Shown: positions 11,725 to 23,171, counted from the first letter of the whole stretch. The stretch is 63,054 nucleotides of DNA, filler included, from Licmophora abbreviata (GCA_900291995.1; 12 parts of 12 records of this genome joined end to end with filler, not necessarily neighbours in it), one strand, 5' to 3'. Notes: a model not told the origin generated them from the letters alone. Program-made: numbers and translations.

Positions 11725-13389
11725 ATGGCATGGCGTTCTGTTTTAGCACAATGGGAACAGTTTGTCATCATTCTGATTGGGCTGGTCTGTATGGGAGCGG
11801 GGACTGGTTTTGAACGATCTTTACTTCCCCGGATGGCCGTCACCATCTTTCATCAATACTCGGCCTTGACGAGATTGAACTTTGTGGCCACATTTGGTGC
11901 TAGCAAGGCCGTTGCGAATGCCGTCAGCGGTCCACTTGCCGACAAGTTTGGTCGCAAGCCAACGCTAGTTCTGGGGTTCCTGTTGGGACTACCCGTCATG
12001 CCGTATATAATTGTTGCACAATCCTGGAATGCAATCACAAGTATGAATATCATGTTTGGGCTTTCGCAGGGACTACTGGGAAGTGCCTTGTTCTTTCTAT
12101 TGATCGACTTGATGGGACCACAACGTCGTGGGATTGCCGTCGGGCTCGGCGAGTGTCTCATTTACGTGTCCACCGCACTAGTCAACATGCTTGCAGGACG
12201 ACTTGCTACATCATATGGGTATCGTCCCATCCCCTTCTATGTCGCTACAGGCTTTGCGATGCTGGGTCTGTTGAGTACCCTCCCATTGAAGGACACCTTG
12301 GACGTCGTACGCAGAGAGCAATCGGCGTCACAGCGTGCCATGCGCAAGAAGTATGCTAGACTCGCATCGATGCAGCCTAGTGTACTAGACGAAGAAATTC
12401 GTTCGTTGATTGGGTCTGTACGAGGGACATGCCTCGAACCTTCATTTGCTGATGTGGATGGCGGTGATGGCGACAGTGCACCTGTACGACCTACTACGGC
12501 ATCTATGGAGTCCGGTGCGCTTAGCGAGGAACGCTTAGCTTTATTCAATGGCCAGAACGGCGGCTCATCGCACACGAAGAACTACCAGGCAATACACGCC
12601 TCTTCCGATAGCGACGACACGCAGCAAGAGCCGGACCCGCCGCTCCAAGCGCTCAAGAATCTTCTGATGACGAACCCCAACTATGTCCTACTGTGCTTTA
12701 CTGGCATGGCCATCAACTTTAAAGATGGATTTGCCTGGGGATCCTTTCCAGTATTCTTTTCTGAGGAACACAACTTGAGTGATACCGAGACGGACTTGTT
12801 GGTGGCTCTGTATCCGTTGTGCTGGGGCTTCTCACAGGCATTCACGGGAGCTCTGTCGGATCGATTCGGACGCAAGCTGTTCTTAGTCACAGGAACCGCA
12901 GCGTGTGCCTTTTCCATGACACTCTTTGCTATTCCTAGTATGATTTGGGGTCAATTCGGTGGTCGTCGCCATGTGAGTGTCTGGATATTCAGCGACGTAC
13001 TGCTGGGACTCGGCACTGCTCTAGCATATCCCGCTTTGCAGGCGGGCGCTGCGGACGAGGTGGACCCTATCAACCGCGGTGTGGCACTTGGATTCTATCG
13101 GTTTGTTCGGGATTTTGGTTATGTAATAGGAGCCGTTATATGCGGTCACCTTACTGATGAGATGGGGTACAATGCTACCTTCTTTTTTGTGGCGTTTCTT
13201 TTGCTTGTGGCTCTGCTTTCACTGGTCGTGGTTTACACACCGCTGGATGAAATTGGTTTCTCCTTGCGCAGTGTACACCCATCAGTGTCTGTCCGTACAA
13301 AGACGTCTCTTGCCGAGGTAATGACGGCGGGACGGAAAGATATGTATGCCCACCTTGCTCCGAATCGACAGTGCTCGGATTCAATGTGA
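11725..13389 (+). CDS. MFS transporter (12 TM, bacterial-like)
   Basis: MFS motif A occurs twice (GPLADKFGRK and GALSDRFGRK). Also GFERSLLP and RGVALGFYRFVRDFGY. Long central loop, intronless. Confidence 0.9.
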   Translation: MAWRSVLAQWEQFVIILIGLVCMGAGTGFERSLLPRMAVTIFHQYSALTRLNFVATFGASKAVANAVSGPLADKFGRKPTLVLGFLLGLPVMPYIIVAQSWNAITSMNIMFGLSQGLLGSALFFLLIDLMGPQRRGIAVGLGECLIYVSTALVNMLAGRLATSYGYRPIPFYVATGFAMLGLLSTLPLKDTLDVVRREQSASQRAMRKKYARLASMQPSVLDEEIRSLIGSVRGTCLEPSFADVDGGDGDSAPVRPTTASMESGALSEERLALFNGQNGGSSHTKNYQAIHASSDSDDTQQEPDPPLQALKNLLMTNPNYVLLCFTGMAINFKDGFAWGSFPVFFSEEHNLSDTETDLLVALYPLCWGFSQAFTGALSDRFGRKLFLVTGTAACAFSMTLFAIPSMIWGQFGGRRHVSVWIFSDVLLGLGTALAYPALQAGAADEVDPINRGVALGFYRFVRDFGYVIGAVICGHLTDEMGYNATFFFVAFLLLVALLSLVVVYTPLDEIGFSLRSVHPSVSVRTKTSLAEVMTAGRKDMYAHLAPNRQCSDSM

Positions 13390-13895
13390 AGAACGCGTCT
13401 ATTGTGTTGTTTGTACTGTGGTCATAGCTAAATCGTAGTTGCGCCTTTCCCAGAGGGGAGGACGAAGATCCCCAAACCTTAGGGAAATGACTCGATTAAA
13501 GGCACTTTACATAGTTGTCTAGACTACATGTGATGCTAGTCCGCCGCCGGCTAAGAAAGGTGAGTGATATGTGATAGAGCTAGGGATAATGACTTGAATG
13601 GCACCATCGCGCGCCGTTGCGCGGCTCGGGTGTCGCATTCGTCCAAAAGTCATCTCGCCGTCGTCATCTCGACTGTCGACAAAAAGAGGCTCAGCAGTCG
13701 GAGATATAGAGTTGNNNNNNNNNNNNNNNNNNNNNNNNNNNNNNNNNNNNNNNNNNNNTTAATTAATTAANNNNNNNNNNNNNNNNNNNNNNNNNNNNNN
13801 NNNNNNNNNNNNNNACTGGGACGAGCTAGCACCTGTATTAGCATCTTTGGTTGTCTTAGAACCTCAAGCTGGATTGTTGTTTCGCAATTCTAAAT

Positions 13896-15116
13896 ATGTT
13901 TCAAAAGCTTGGGCGCGCAGCTCCTCTATTGATGATCATGTGCTGCGGAACAATCACCACGCCAACAGTATCAGCTCGTCGTGGACGTTTCAGTTCAGCC
14001 GCGACAGTCCAGCCGATTCCTTTACGTTCCAGAGACACGATTTTATTAGACATACGAGGAGGAGCATCTCAGCAAGGAACCTCGAGATGGTCGTCTTCGT
14101 CATCCCTTCATCGCCCGCAAGCACGAAGATCTCAACAACAGCGGTATCCCACGGTCCAAGATTTGAACAACGATGGTGATGATAAAATTTCCCAAGGCGG
14201 GCTATCAGCGAAAGAGGCGATGAATTCGTTTCTTACCCGCGAGTCAAGAAATACTTTTATTGCGCGAGTGTATGGTATTCTGACTGGACAGCTGCTCGTG
14301 ACGGCTGTATCGATCTTTGTGTTTGGAATGAATCCTCACCTAGGCGCGTGGATGAAGCAAGCCGGGTCCTTCGGTATGTCCTGTGTAAAACTGAGAGAAT
14401 GGTATATGTGAAGCCAAGTCGTGATATTCATGTCTGTTTTGTCATTCCTTTATAGTTCCACTTGTGTCGCTCGGCCTGTCGACTGTCGCCTGGTTCATGG
14501 TATGCGGATCCGTACGAGCACGCCGTGAGGCTCCCATGAAATGGCAGCTCCTGTCGATCTTTACACTGGGAGAAGCAGTGTCGGTGGGGTTTATTTCCAG
14601 TTTTTACCAATTTCGATCCGTTCTGAGCGCCATGTTGGCCACGGCAGTTGCGTCTACGACAGTGTCTCTCTATACCGTGTTTCAGCGAAACCCCAAATAT
14701 GATTTATCTCAATGGGGAGCTGGGCTATCCTCGTAAGTTCGACGGTGCCTGGATTGGTGTTCTTTCGTAGCAGTGTAGACTCACTCGAATATCGTTCACC
14801 GTCCACCTGTGCGTTGTATCGCAGATGTGGAATGATCTTTCTCGTTTACGGAATCATTCATCTGTTGGAACTGTTTGGCGTCATTCCTCAAGGCTTTCTC
14901 CCTTACAGCGAAGCCATCTACTCATCCATAGGAGCGTGTCTATTTTCTTTCTACTTGGCCTATCATACAAAGTTGATTGTGGCTGGAAAGCACGCCAAGT
15001 ATCAAATGAACGAAAAGGACTACGTATTCGGAGCCATGTCGCTGTACAACGACATTATCAATCTGTTCATATACATACTCCGCATCATTGGAGAGGATCG
15101 AGATGGGCGTCGCTAG
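13896..15116 (+). CDS. Bax inhibitor-1/Lifeguard (TMBIM) family membrane protein
   Basis: RNTFIARVYGILTGQLLVT, LSIFTLGEA and DYVFGAMSLYNDIINLFIYILRI. Introns at about 14374-14454 and 14733-14824. Confidence 0.9.
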
Positions 15117-15160
15117 CTAATCGTGCGCATGGTTGTAGATACAATCTTCTATTTTTGTTA

Positions 15161-15706
15161 TTACCAATTGTATTGCCACTTGGAAATGTCACCGCTGAGT
15201 CGTTCTCGTATACCGCTGGCAGAGTCGGCTCCGGCATCGTACTTGGTGAGAGAGTCCGAGTGCATCTTGCCCTGGTCTTTGATAGCTTGTAGTATCGCCC
15301 CAATATTGGTTTCCAGTACCATCCCTCCCATGACGACTTCATCCAGAATGTAGTGCACTCGATCAGAATGAAAGATGAGATCCAGTTCACAGACATTTTC
15401 AAAGACCTTATCCAAGGCCTCCACGAACACTTGTATCAGATCAAGGATGCCCAGATCGGATTCTTGCGCATCCACTGCAAAGACAAAAAACAACGTCGCA
15501 TAGTGTCGATAAATCAGTTTGATATTTTCACCCCACTCGGGTATGCTCCCCTCCAAGTAGTTGCAAAAAGAGTCGGGCCGCTGTGCCACTTGCTGAAAGA
15601 CGCGACGCACCACGGCCTGCTGCTTTTCTTCGGACGTGACGGATTGGTAAAATTTCGTCAGCCGTGGCTTGCCGTGGTTATTCACAATGATGACACCCTT
15701 TATCAT
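15161..15706 (-). CDS. AP3S: AP-3 complex subunit sigma
   Basis: MIKGVIIVNNHGKPRLTKFYQ, YRHYATLFFVF, ESDLGILDLIQVFVE and FENVCELDLIF. Confidence 0.9.
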   Translation of the reverse strand: MIKGVIIVNNHGKPRLTKFYQSVTSEEKQQAVVRRVFQQVAQRPDSFCNYLEGSIPEWGENIKLIYRHYATLFFVFAVDAQESDLGILDLIQVFVEALDKVFENVCELDLIFHSDRVHYILDEVVMGGMVLETNIGAILQAIKDQGKMHSDSLTKYDAGADSASGIRERLSGDISKWQYNW

Positions 15707-16080
15707 CTTAGACAGAACGAATATGTAGACAGAGAGCGTGAACTGCGATTTCAGATTGCGAGGATGCTCTGAGTAGTAATCGTTGCAATCATGCCATGGT
15801 CTCTCGCGGCGCGGTGTCGCAGTGTGTTTTTTGCTACACAGACGTTGCATACAGATCATGATGCATCGATTTGAAGGGTCACCAGATGGCCTCGTGCTCT
15901 CATCTCACTAACAAGACAGAAACCATGATGAAATTTCAGATTGGACGGCTGTGGGCGAATCTGGAGCGCCACGTAGATTCCCGTAGATAACGCATTTTCC
16001 CGCGTACTATATCTTTCTCGGCGAGCGGATCTTTCTCACTACACTTCCGGCAGAGAGTCACAATATTGTTGAACCCCACC

Positions 16081-17424
16081 ATGAAGTTCTCTACAGCCGC
16101 TTCCCTCGCCCTTGCTATCGGCACTGCTTCGGCTTTCGCCCCCAGTCCTATGGCTGGACGTATGTCCACCAGTTTGAACACGATTTTAAAGAAGACGACC
16201 GGCCAGTCAGCTCTTGATCCCATCGTCGACAATCGCTACAACGATCTTCCCTTCCCGGCTGACAAGGTCCTTGCCGAGTACGTCTGGGTCGATGCCGACG
16301 GAAACACCCGTTCCAAGACCCGCACCCTTCTCGCCTCCAAGACCAAGTCCGTCGACTCGCTTCCCATGTGGAACTTTGACGGCTCCAGTACGAATCAGGC
16401 TCCGGGCGACGACTCGGAGGTTATCCTTCGTCCGTGTCGTATGTTCAACGACCCCTTCCGCCCTCGTACGGATGGAATCTACAACCTTCTCGTCATGTGC
16501 GATACATTGACTCCTGCTGGGGAACCTCTCCCCACTAACACCCGTGCTATCGGTAAGTATGATTGATGAAAGTCGAGAACGACGTCCTGTGCCTTGGTTC
16601 TCACGTTGAGTTCATCCCAATATACACTCTGTTGCTATTCATTAGCCATGGCGTCGTTCGAAGGAAAGGAAGACGAAGAGGCGTGGTTCGGGCTCGAGCA
16701 GGAGTTCACTCTCTTCAACCTCGACGAAAAGACTCCCCTCGGATGGCCAATGGCCGGTATGCCCTCCCGCCCACAGGGACCGTACTATTGCAGTGTCGGA
16801 CCCGAGAACAGTTTTGGACGCGCCATTACCGAAGCCATGTACAAGGCTTGCCTGTACGCTGGAATTGAAATCTCAGGAACCAACGGGGAAGTCATGCCTG
16901 GCCAGCAGGAATACCAGGTTGGACCCTGCGTTGGGATCGACGCTGGTGATCAGCTCATGATGTCCCGCTACATCCTTCAGCGTGTCTGCGAAGACTTCCA
17001 GGTCTACTGTACGCTTCACCCCAAGCCCATTGTAGAGGGCGATTGGAATGGCGCAGGACTTCACACAAATTTTTCGACCAAAAAGATGCGTGAGGAGGGT
17101 GGTCTTGAAGTTATCAAGAAGGCGATTTACAAGCTTGGCGCCAAGCACTCGGAGCACATTGCCATTTACGGAGAAGGCAACGAACTTCGTCTCACGGGAA
17201 AGCACGAGACTGCCTCGATTGAGCAGTTCTCGTATGGCGTGGCCAACCGCGGAGCGTCGATTCGGATCGGACGTGACACGGAGGCAGAAGGCAAGGGCTA
17301 CTTTGAAGATCGCCGTCCTTCCTCTAACGCGGATCCCTACCTTGTGACTGGAAAGATCATGGGAACCGTCATGGAGGAGGTTGAGGTCCCGGAGATCACG
17401 CCCCTTGACAAGGAAACGGCCTAA
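16081..17424 (+). CDS. GLN2: Plastid-targeted glutamine synthetase II
   Basis: Signal peptide ending ASA-FAP, then [47 protein letters not shown] and YFEDRRP. Intron at 16553-16645. Confidence 0.97.
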
Positions 17425-17649
17425 ATGAGCATTTTGATACGTACAAGGCCATCCACGAAGATTTTTTTTCATGCGGTTTTATTCCTTTTGGACCTTTTTG
17501 GGGACCCAAGGCAATTTTTGGTTTGATGGCCAGTACGATGCTAACTAGTTGTTCTTTCGCAGATGGATCACAACTATAAACTACTTTTGCAATTTCAACA
17601 GAAGAGGAACAGCACTGTTTCTCTGTGGCTTTATGTGTACAACGCTCTT

Positions 17650-18519
17650 CTAAGAAAAGTAGGGGCGCCATCGACATGGTGCTTGCGCACCGAGTGCTTC
17701 GGCAAGTCGCTCCGTTTCGGCCTTGTTGACATCCGGACGGTCCACTGCTGTCACTTCAACCTGCAGATCCGCCATGACGGCTTCTCGGACAAAGTCACAG
17801 ACTCTGTCATGAGCCGATGATGACGGCGACGACGACAAGCCGCAGTCGTTGTCTACTTTGAGCAACGGTGCTGGTTGCATAAGCTCGTCGTACTGGATCG
17901 GGTCTGCCGTCATGACTGCCACACTGACTGCGGAGATACCACTGGACTTGAGTTCTCTTGTAATGCGAGACGCATGATAGGGAGGGAGCAAACCGTTCGT
18001 CGTTAACCGCACAGGAATATCGGCTGCCATGGAGGAACATGCGCGTGACAACCGAAGCAGTGCCTCCAGTCGCAACGTAGGCTCACCCTCGCCTCCAATC
18101 ACGATCTGTTCCGGTCGATTCTTCTTGTTCTTATCTGCCAGCACTATCCGCTGCACTTCGTCTATCAGTTTCGATACGAGAGGAAATCTTCCATCGTCCT
18201 CCTCTACATTAGCACCAGTCTCCGTGGTGTCATTGCACAAGACTCCGTCGTCTTGCAGTGTACTCACAATCTCCAAGGCCGGAGGCAGTTTTTGCGGAGT
18301 TTCTTGCGTATCTAAATACTGACACCAGTGAAACCACTTCTGTTGATCGTGTTCGATATCTCGCACACGACACAGTGAAGCGACTACCTCAGGTGGGAGC
18401 AAGAAACCGGGCCCGCGCGTCGTCGGCAGTGTGTGGGAGTTGCATCGCGAGGTAAGCGGGACGTACAGGGAACGTCCCAGTGTATACGTCAACAGCGATG
18501 TCATCACCGACTGCATCAT
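17650..18519 (-). CDS. TatD-associated radical-SAM-like protein with a degenerate Fe-S motif
   Basis: LTYTLGRSLYVPLTSRC, GEGEPTLRL, VRLTTNGL, VSVAVMTADPIQYDELMQP, VCDFVREA, VEVTAVDRPDV and RWRPY. Confidence 0.7.
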   Translation of the reverse strand: MMQSVMTSLLTYTLGRSLYVPLTSRCNSHTLPTTRGPGFLLPPEVVASLCRVRDIEHDQQKWFHWCQYLDTQETPQKLPPALEIVSTLQDDGVLCNDTTETGANVEEDDGRFPLVSKLIDEVQRIVLADKNKKNRPEQIVIGGEGEPTLRLEALLRLSRACSSMAADIPVRLTTNGLLPPYHASRITRELKSSGISAVSVAVMTADPIQYDELMQPAPLLKVDNDCGLSSSPSSSAHDRVCDFVREAVMADLQVEVTAVDRPDVNKAETERLAEALGAQAPCRWRPYFS

Positions 18520-19130
18520 CTCCGTCGTCGCGCACTGTCAAGCTTTGGAGTTGGTGGCAGCGAGAATGATGAGAACGCCATGGCACCAACAATTGCGCAC
18601 ACACACGTATCCAGGGAAGAATGTTCCGCCGATCCAAAGTTGAAAGCAGTTGAAGTTTTGTTTCCCGCAATGTTTCATTTTTGGAAAGCTCAGAACCACT
18701 TTGTCGGTGGCAAGTTTTCTACGTCACATGTGTACGGAATCCATCGTTGAAACGACACAAACGTCTCCGGCCTCTCAAACGATCTGTCGGCGTGTTGATG
18801 ATGTCTCCAATCCCGAAGCGAAAGAGCGAGTTACCACGAGACACAGCACACAGCGAAAGATCGTCATCAGTCAGAGTTCGATCGCTTCACTGCTCTCTTT
18901 TCCGTTTCTCGGACAGGGACGTACTCATCAGTAGCGCTACTGTACGGTAGCAGCAGGAGGGCGAGAGAGACCGACAAGAAAGGAAACGGACTCGTATTCA
19001 GTTCTAATTTTGGAAGGAGTTCAACCACTGAAAAAGAGTAACGCCGCCACCACACTTGTGCCATCCGTTCCATCGAGACGCGAGCCTGACGTTGTGCATA
19101 TCGATCAAGAAACAACGTACTAAAGCTATC

Positions 19131-19934
19131 ATGAGTGGCATGCGATGGGCCGATACGAGTACAGAAGAAGAGGATGAAGTGCATCCCATTGCTGTTAGTT
19201 CGGGAGAAGTTCCTCTTTCAACGACTCAAGTACGTGTGCGCCATTGTGCTCCTCGTCACTTGACTGGATTTGTGTCAACTCACACTCTGTCTTTCTTCTT
19301 ATAGATGATGGAACCCATTCAGAAAGAGAAACCTGTATCCGTCCCCCAAAGTCGGTTTGATTTTGGTGACGACGACGACGACGACGATAAGGAACATGAG
19401 GACGATGCGGCATCGGACAAGGATGATGCTGCCAACGATGACGACGACGAAAGGGACGAAGAAGATAGACTGCGACGATTGGAGGAAGCAAAGCAGAAAG
19501 CTCGCGAAAAGAATGAGGCGAAACAAAAGAAGAAGGGAAAGGCTCTGGAGGAGCAGCTCGATGACCTCGATGACATTCTCAATGAAATGGGAATCGCCCC
19601 TGACGAAGCCAAAAACGAACAAGGCAATGGCGAGGAGGGGGAGAACGAGGAAGTACAAGGCGACGAAGGAGCGGCTGCTGGAAGTGGAGCAAAGAAACGG
19701 AGAAAGAAAAAGAAAAAGGCTGGTGCGATCGCGAAATCCCCGACGACGGAGGATGGCGCGGTGGTTGAGCCGGTCAATGTTGCCGCAGTGCTCAAAGCAA
19801 AGGCGCCCAAGAAGACAAAGACGCAGGCCGAGATTGCCTCCTCGCTTGCTGCCAAGGAGGCCAAGGCAGTGAAAGAACAAGCTGCTAAGGAAGCAAAACG
19901 CAAAAAGAAGAAGGAAAAGAAACTCCTGCGATAG
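19131..19934 (+). CDS. Acidic/lysine-rich hypothetical protein
   Basis: Exon 1 reads MSGMRWADTSTEEED. An intron at about 19230-19304 leads into ORF 19305-19934, which has LDDLDDILNEMG and K-rich tracts. Confidence 0.6.
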
Positions 19935-20160
19935 ACGAGCATTGTGTTTTTTGGAGAGTCCTGATTGTGTTGTGTGTGATTGGTCTGCTCATGAGAGCTG
20001 ATGCTGTTACCGCGCACGTCCGCTATGATAGAGGAGTCGCTACTTTAAACTGCTTCTTCTCGCCCTATCTCGATACACCGTATGTTGCTACAGAAATAGT
20101 CCTATAAGATCAATTACGTAGCGAACTCTGATTGTTCGAGTATTCTCATCATTGCAACAA

Positions 20161-21021
20161 CTAGAGCATCTTCTTGATGTACTCATCCATCCTCTCACCC
20201 TTGTCACCATACTCTCGTCCTTCCTTATCGTTCAATTTTTGAGTTTCGAATCTGGTTTTGGGGGCCGCCAACTGAAAGGGCCATAAGAAGGCGGTCGCAG
20301 CCGCGAACGAGTCTCCATTACTGCCCGCATGAAGTTCATGCACCAAATCTTCGACACAAATCATTCCAGTCTCTTCGCCCAAGGCATTTTCAATAATGGT
20401 ATTGTCGGAAAGAGGGACTCGTTTCCCATTCACAAGTCCATGTCCTCGTCGGTGAATTAGATCCTCCACCATGCCTTTGCTGGGCTTGCCATACAAGACC
20501 CATGGCTCAACCAAGTGCAAGAGAATTTTGGTTTCATCCGTGTATTGGAGAAATACACCATTGTAGATATCCTTCAGTCGAAGCTTTAGGAGAGCCTTCC
20601 GAATACGTCCTGACATGCCTGCATTATCCCGGATTCGAATAGCAAATACCATCTTGGCGCCGGCCGAATTGGCCTGGTACGAGATTGTCTTGGGCGACGA
20701 CGACGTCGGACTATCGCCATCCATGTCCGGCGCTTCTTCCGCTAATACTCGAGTTTCAATCACTGGCTTGTTGGAAGCTCGTTTCTGCATTCCTTTCTTC
20801 AAGACACGTTTGTACCGAATATCGTGTTGCTTTCGCGACTTGGCCTGAGCCAAGAATGTTTCGGGCTTCTTGACATAAATGGCCTTGCGCGACTTGGAAA
20901 ACACCTTTCGATTGCCCTTGGTCTTGGCGTTGGCCAGTCGTTTGCGCTGAACCTCATCCAAGTCATGACGGCGTTTCAGAATCGTCTCTGGGACCAATGG
21001 CAAGTCTTGAGAGGACGACAT
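20161..21021 (-). CDS. RLP7: uL30-family RLP7/RPL7-like ribosome biogenesis protein
   Basis: VPETILKRR, FAIRIR, LRLKDIYNGVF, RVPLSDNTIIENALG, ICVEDLVHE and FLWPFQL. It is divergent from canonical RPL7. Confidence 0.8.
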   Translation of the reverse strand: MSSSQDLPLVPETILKRRHDLDEVQRKRLANAKTKGNRKVFSKSRKAIYVKKPETFLAQAKSRKQHDIRYKRVLKKGMQKRASNKPVIETRVLAEEAPDMDGDSPTSSSPKTISYQANSAGAKMVFAIRIRDNAGMSGRIRKALLKLRLKDIYNGVFLQYTDETKILLHLVEPWVLYGKPSKGMVEDLIHRRGHGLVNGKRVPLSDNTIIENALGEETGMICVEDLVHELHAGSNGDSFAAATAFLWPFQLAAPKTRFETQKLNDKEGREYGDKGERMDEYIKKML

Positions 21022-21407
21022 GGTGAATGCGTGATGGAGTAGACTAGTTCTATCGCCGATGCAGTGTATGTAAGACGATTGTGTCTCGTTTCGAACAAGT
21101 GTTAAAGTCAAAAACTCAAACAAAACTTTGACCAAGGCACGGGCAAGGGGGAAAACACACGGTTTCTGTGGTGCGGCGCACAATAGGTCATGAGCTTTAT
21201 CAGGTCTTTTTCGAGGAATCAGGAATGTGTGAAGTGGTCGTGCATACTGATCGAGCTGATGCAAACCGACGGATCGATGAGTATTCAGGTTTACTCGTTC
21301 ACGTAGCNNNNNNNNNNNNNNNNNNNNNNNNNNNNNNNNNNNNNNNNNNNNTTAATTAATTAANNNNNNNNNNNNNNNNNNNNNNNNNNNNNNNNNNNNN
21401 NNNNNNN

Positions 21408-21698
21408 CCCACAGTGACCAGCGCCACGAGCGGCTCCACCTACACAGGCAGTGAGGGTTCCTTGGCTTTGTTGAGTCAGGGAAAGAACGGGGCCAAGACG
21501 CGACGCACTCTGGAGAAGTTGACGGGGGCCGACGACAGAGCTTGTTGTGTGTCGAATATCGAAGCGAAGTTTCGGAAACGCAATGTTGTGACGGATGAAA
21601 TTAAACATGTCTTCAAGCAAGTTGTAAAGACCCCTCTCAAGGTCGTGCGGAAAAAGGACAATCCGAACTTGAAGAGATCGTCTGGAACTTTGACGTAG
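21408..21698 (+). CDS. 3' fragment of a hypothetical protein (5' part in gap)
   Basis: An open frame emerges from the gap, but no family was recognised. Confidence 0.35.
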   Translation, partial: PTVTSATSGSTYTGSEGSLALLSQGKNGAKTRRTLEKLTGADDRACCVSNIEAKFRKRNVVTDEIKHVFKQVVKTPLKVVRKKDNPNLKRSSGTLT

Positions 21699-21949
21699 TA
21701 GGGCGAGATGACTTTTCGTCGTGTTTGTCTCGAGCCAATGGTGCTCGAGTTGGTTTGAATATGGTTGATGTTAGGAATGATACGAGTGTACGTGTCCTCG
21801 TGAAACTCCAGGTCGGAGCATTTTTGTTGAGTTGATGGTCGAAATATAAAAAGTGATAGAGAGAATTCAAAGACTTATTGCTAGTGAACCATATAGACTA
21901 GTCTCTGATCATATCGTCCCGCACAAATAGTGGGACCGCTGTGTACTCT

Positions 21950-22900
21950 CTACGACTCATTCCTGAGCTCGATATGCTTGAACATGGCCTCGCTTTGTTG
22001 TCGATAGCTGCTAGAACTATCTGGAATCGATACTGGTGTAGCTACAGCCAGCCCGACCAATACGTTTCTGGGCATTTCAACATGTATCGACGGGGGTGAG
22101 ACATCCACATCCGGACAATCTGGGCACACTTCACATTCGCCGTCGCCCTCTGCCTCGTACTGAAACGTGAATGTACTGTCTTTGCGAGTTAAGGTGATCC
22201 AGAGGCAATCCTTGTCGTCTGGGCTTCCGTCAAAATTGAAAGTGACCATTTCACCAAACACTGCACGGTACGACCAGTCGACCTGCGTATGAGGCTGGAA
22301 GGCCACAAACACGTGCTTGGCAAACTCGTCAAGGCTCTCACGAACCATCAGGCCCATCAACCCGCAGCGACCCACTCCGTTTGGACCGAAGGTACTGGGT
22401 TCGCAATCGACACCGCAGACTTTCGAGCGAAAGCTGAAACTCTTGCTTGACGTGCTCTGATACGCAAACTGTAACGTGTCTCCCAGTTCAGGGTCAAACG
22501 GCGGGTCGTCGCCATTGTCTTTGATTTTGTAGCAGTCACTGCCGCAACTCTCCGCTTGTCCTCCAATATGGTACAAGACATCCCCGATATCGACGCTCTC
22601 CTTGACCTCAAACGTTGGGATATCGGGAGAAACGCATGAGTCATTGTCGGTGATGGGCATCGACATGCTCATACGTAGCGTCGACTCATACACGTCCGTG
22701 AAGAGCTCACCGACAATCGCGTCCTCTAAATTCCAAGACAATTTCTCCGGAGAACTCCATTCATCGGTACGGTCCCCATCCTCGACACTGGCACGGCCGA
22801 CACGTAATCGAGGAAGACGCGTCGACTGTCCAACCGCAGAGGACGCTAGATGGCCGATCTGGATCACGACGACCAAGAATAAGGCTCGGAAGCGTCTCAT
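21950..22900 (-). CDS. Secreted protein with a ConA/DUF1349-like beta-sandwich domain
   Basis: Signal peptide MRRFRALFLVVVIQIG, then GLMVRESLD, WITLTRKDSTFTFQY and VLVGLAVAT. Confidence 0.6.
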   Translation of the reverse strand: MRRFRALFLVVVIQIGHLASSAVGQSTRLPRLRVGRASVEDGDRTDEWSSPEKLSWNLEDAIVGELFTDVYESTLRMSMSMPITDNDSCVSPDIPTFEVKESVDIGDVLYHIGGQAESCGSDCYKIKDNGDDPPFDPELGDTLQFAYQSTSSKSFSFRSKVCGVDCEPSTFGPNGVGRCGLMGLMVRESLDEFAKHVFVAFQPHTQVDWSYRAVFGEMVTFNFDGSPDDKDCLWITLTRKDSTFTFQYEAEGDGECEVCPDCPDVDVSPPSIHVEMPRNVLVGLAVATPVSIPDSSSSYRQQSEAMFKHIELRNES

Positions 22901-23171
22901 GGCAGGCACGATCGACGAACAAGCTTTTTTTGTGATGCTAGTCCCATGATGCGCAACAAGGTATTCGCATTGCGACCATGTGCAAAAGCAACGTTTTGTC
23001 CCTGTTAACCAATGAAAGGAGTGTATCGTGCGACGATTCAAATTGAAGGAGCGTCCGACACGCCTGCGATGCGTTCCGCATCCAGTCACGCACGACCGCC
23101 CCCGACAGAGCAGCGCACCTCCAATGAGAAACCGGTCATGATCGTCATTGCTGGACGCATTGGATTGGATC

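Noticed and set aside
6654..13389. Bacterial contamination explaining the bacterial-like genes
   Set aside because: YbhB and the GSI-like domain are contiguous with eukaryotic UMP1, the GSI-like domain has a spliceosomal intron, and composition looks uniform. The MFS contig overlaps the hydrolase contig allelically.
13441..13506. Hairpin TTTCCC..GGGGA/TCCCC..GGGAAA after the MFS gene as a riboswitch, SECIS or terminator
   Set aside because: It lacks TPP-riboswitch or SECIS core motifs, the upstream gene has no in-frame TGA, and the context is eukaryotic.
16873..17472. Long antisense or overlapping ORFs (also 19299-20017, 38479-39384, 41183-41818 and others)
   Set aside because: These are shadow ORFs of well-supported genes on the opposite strand and have no recognisable motifs.
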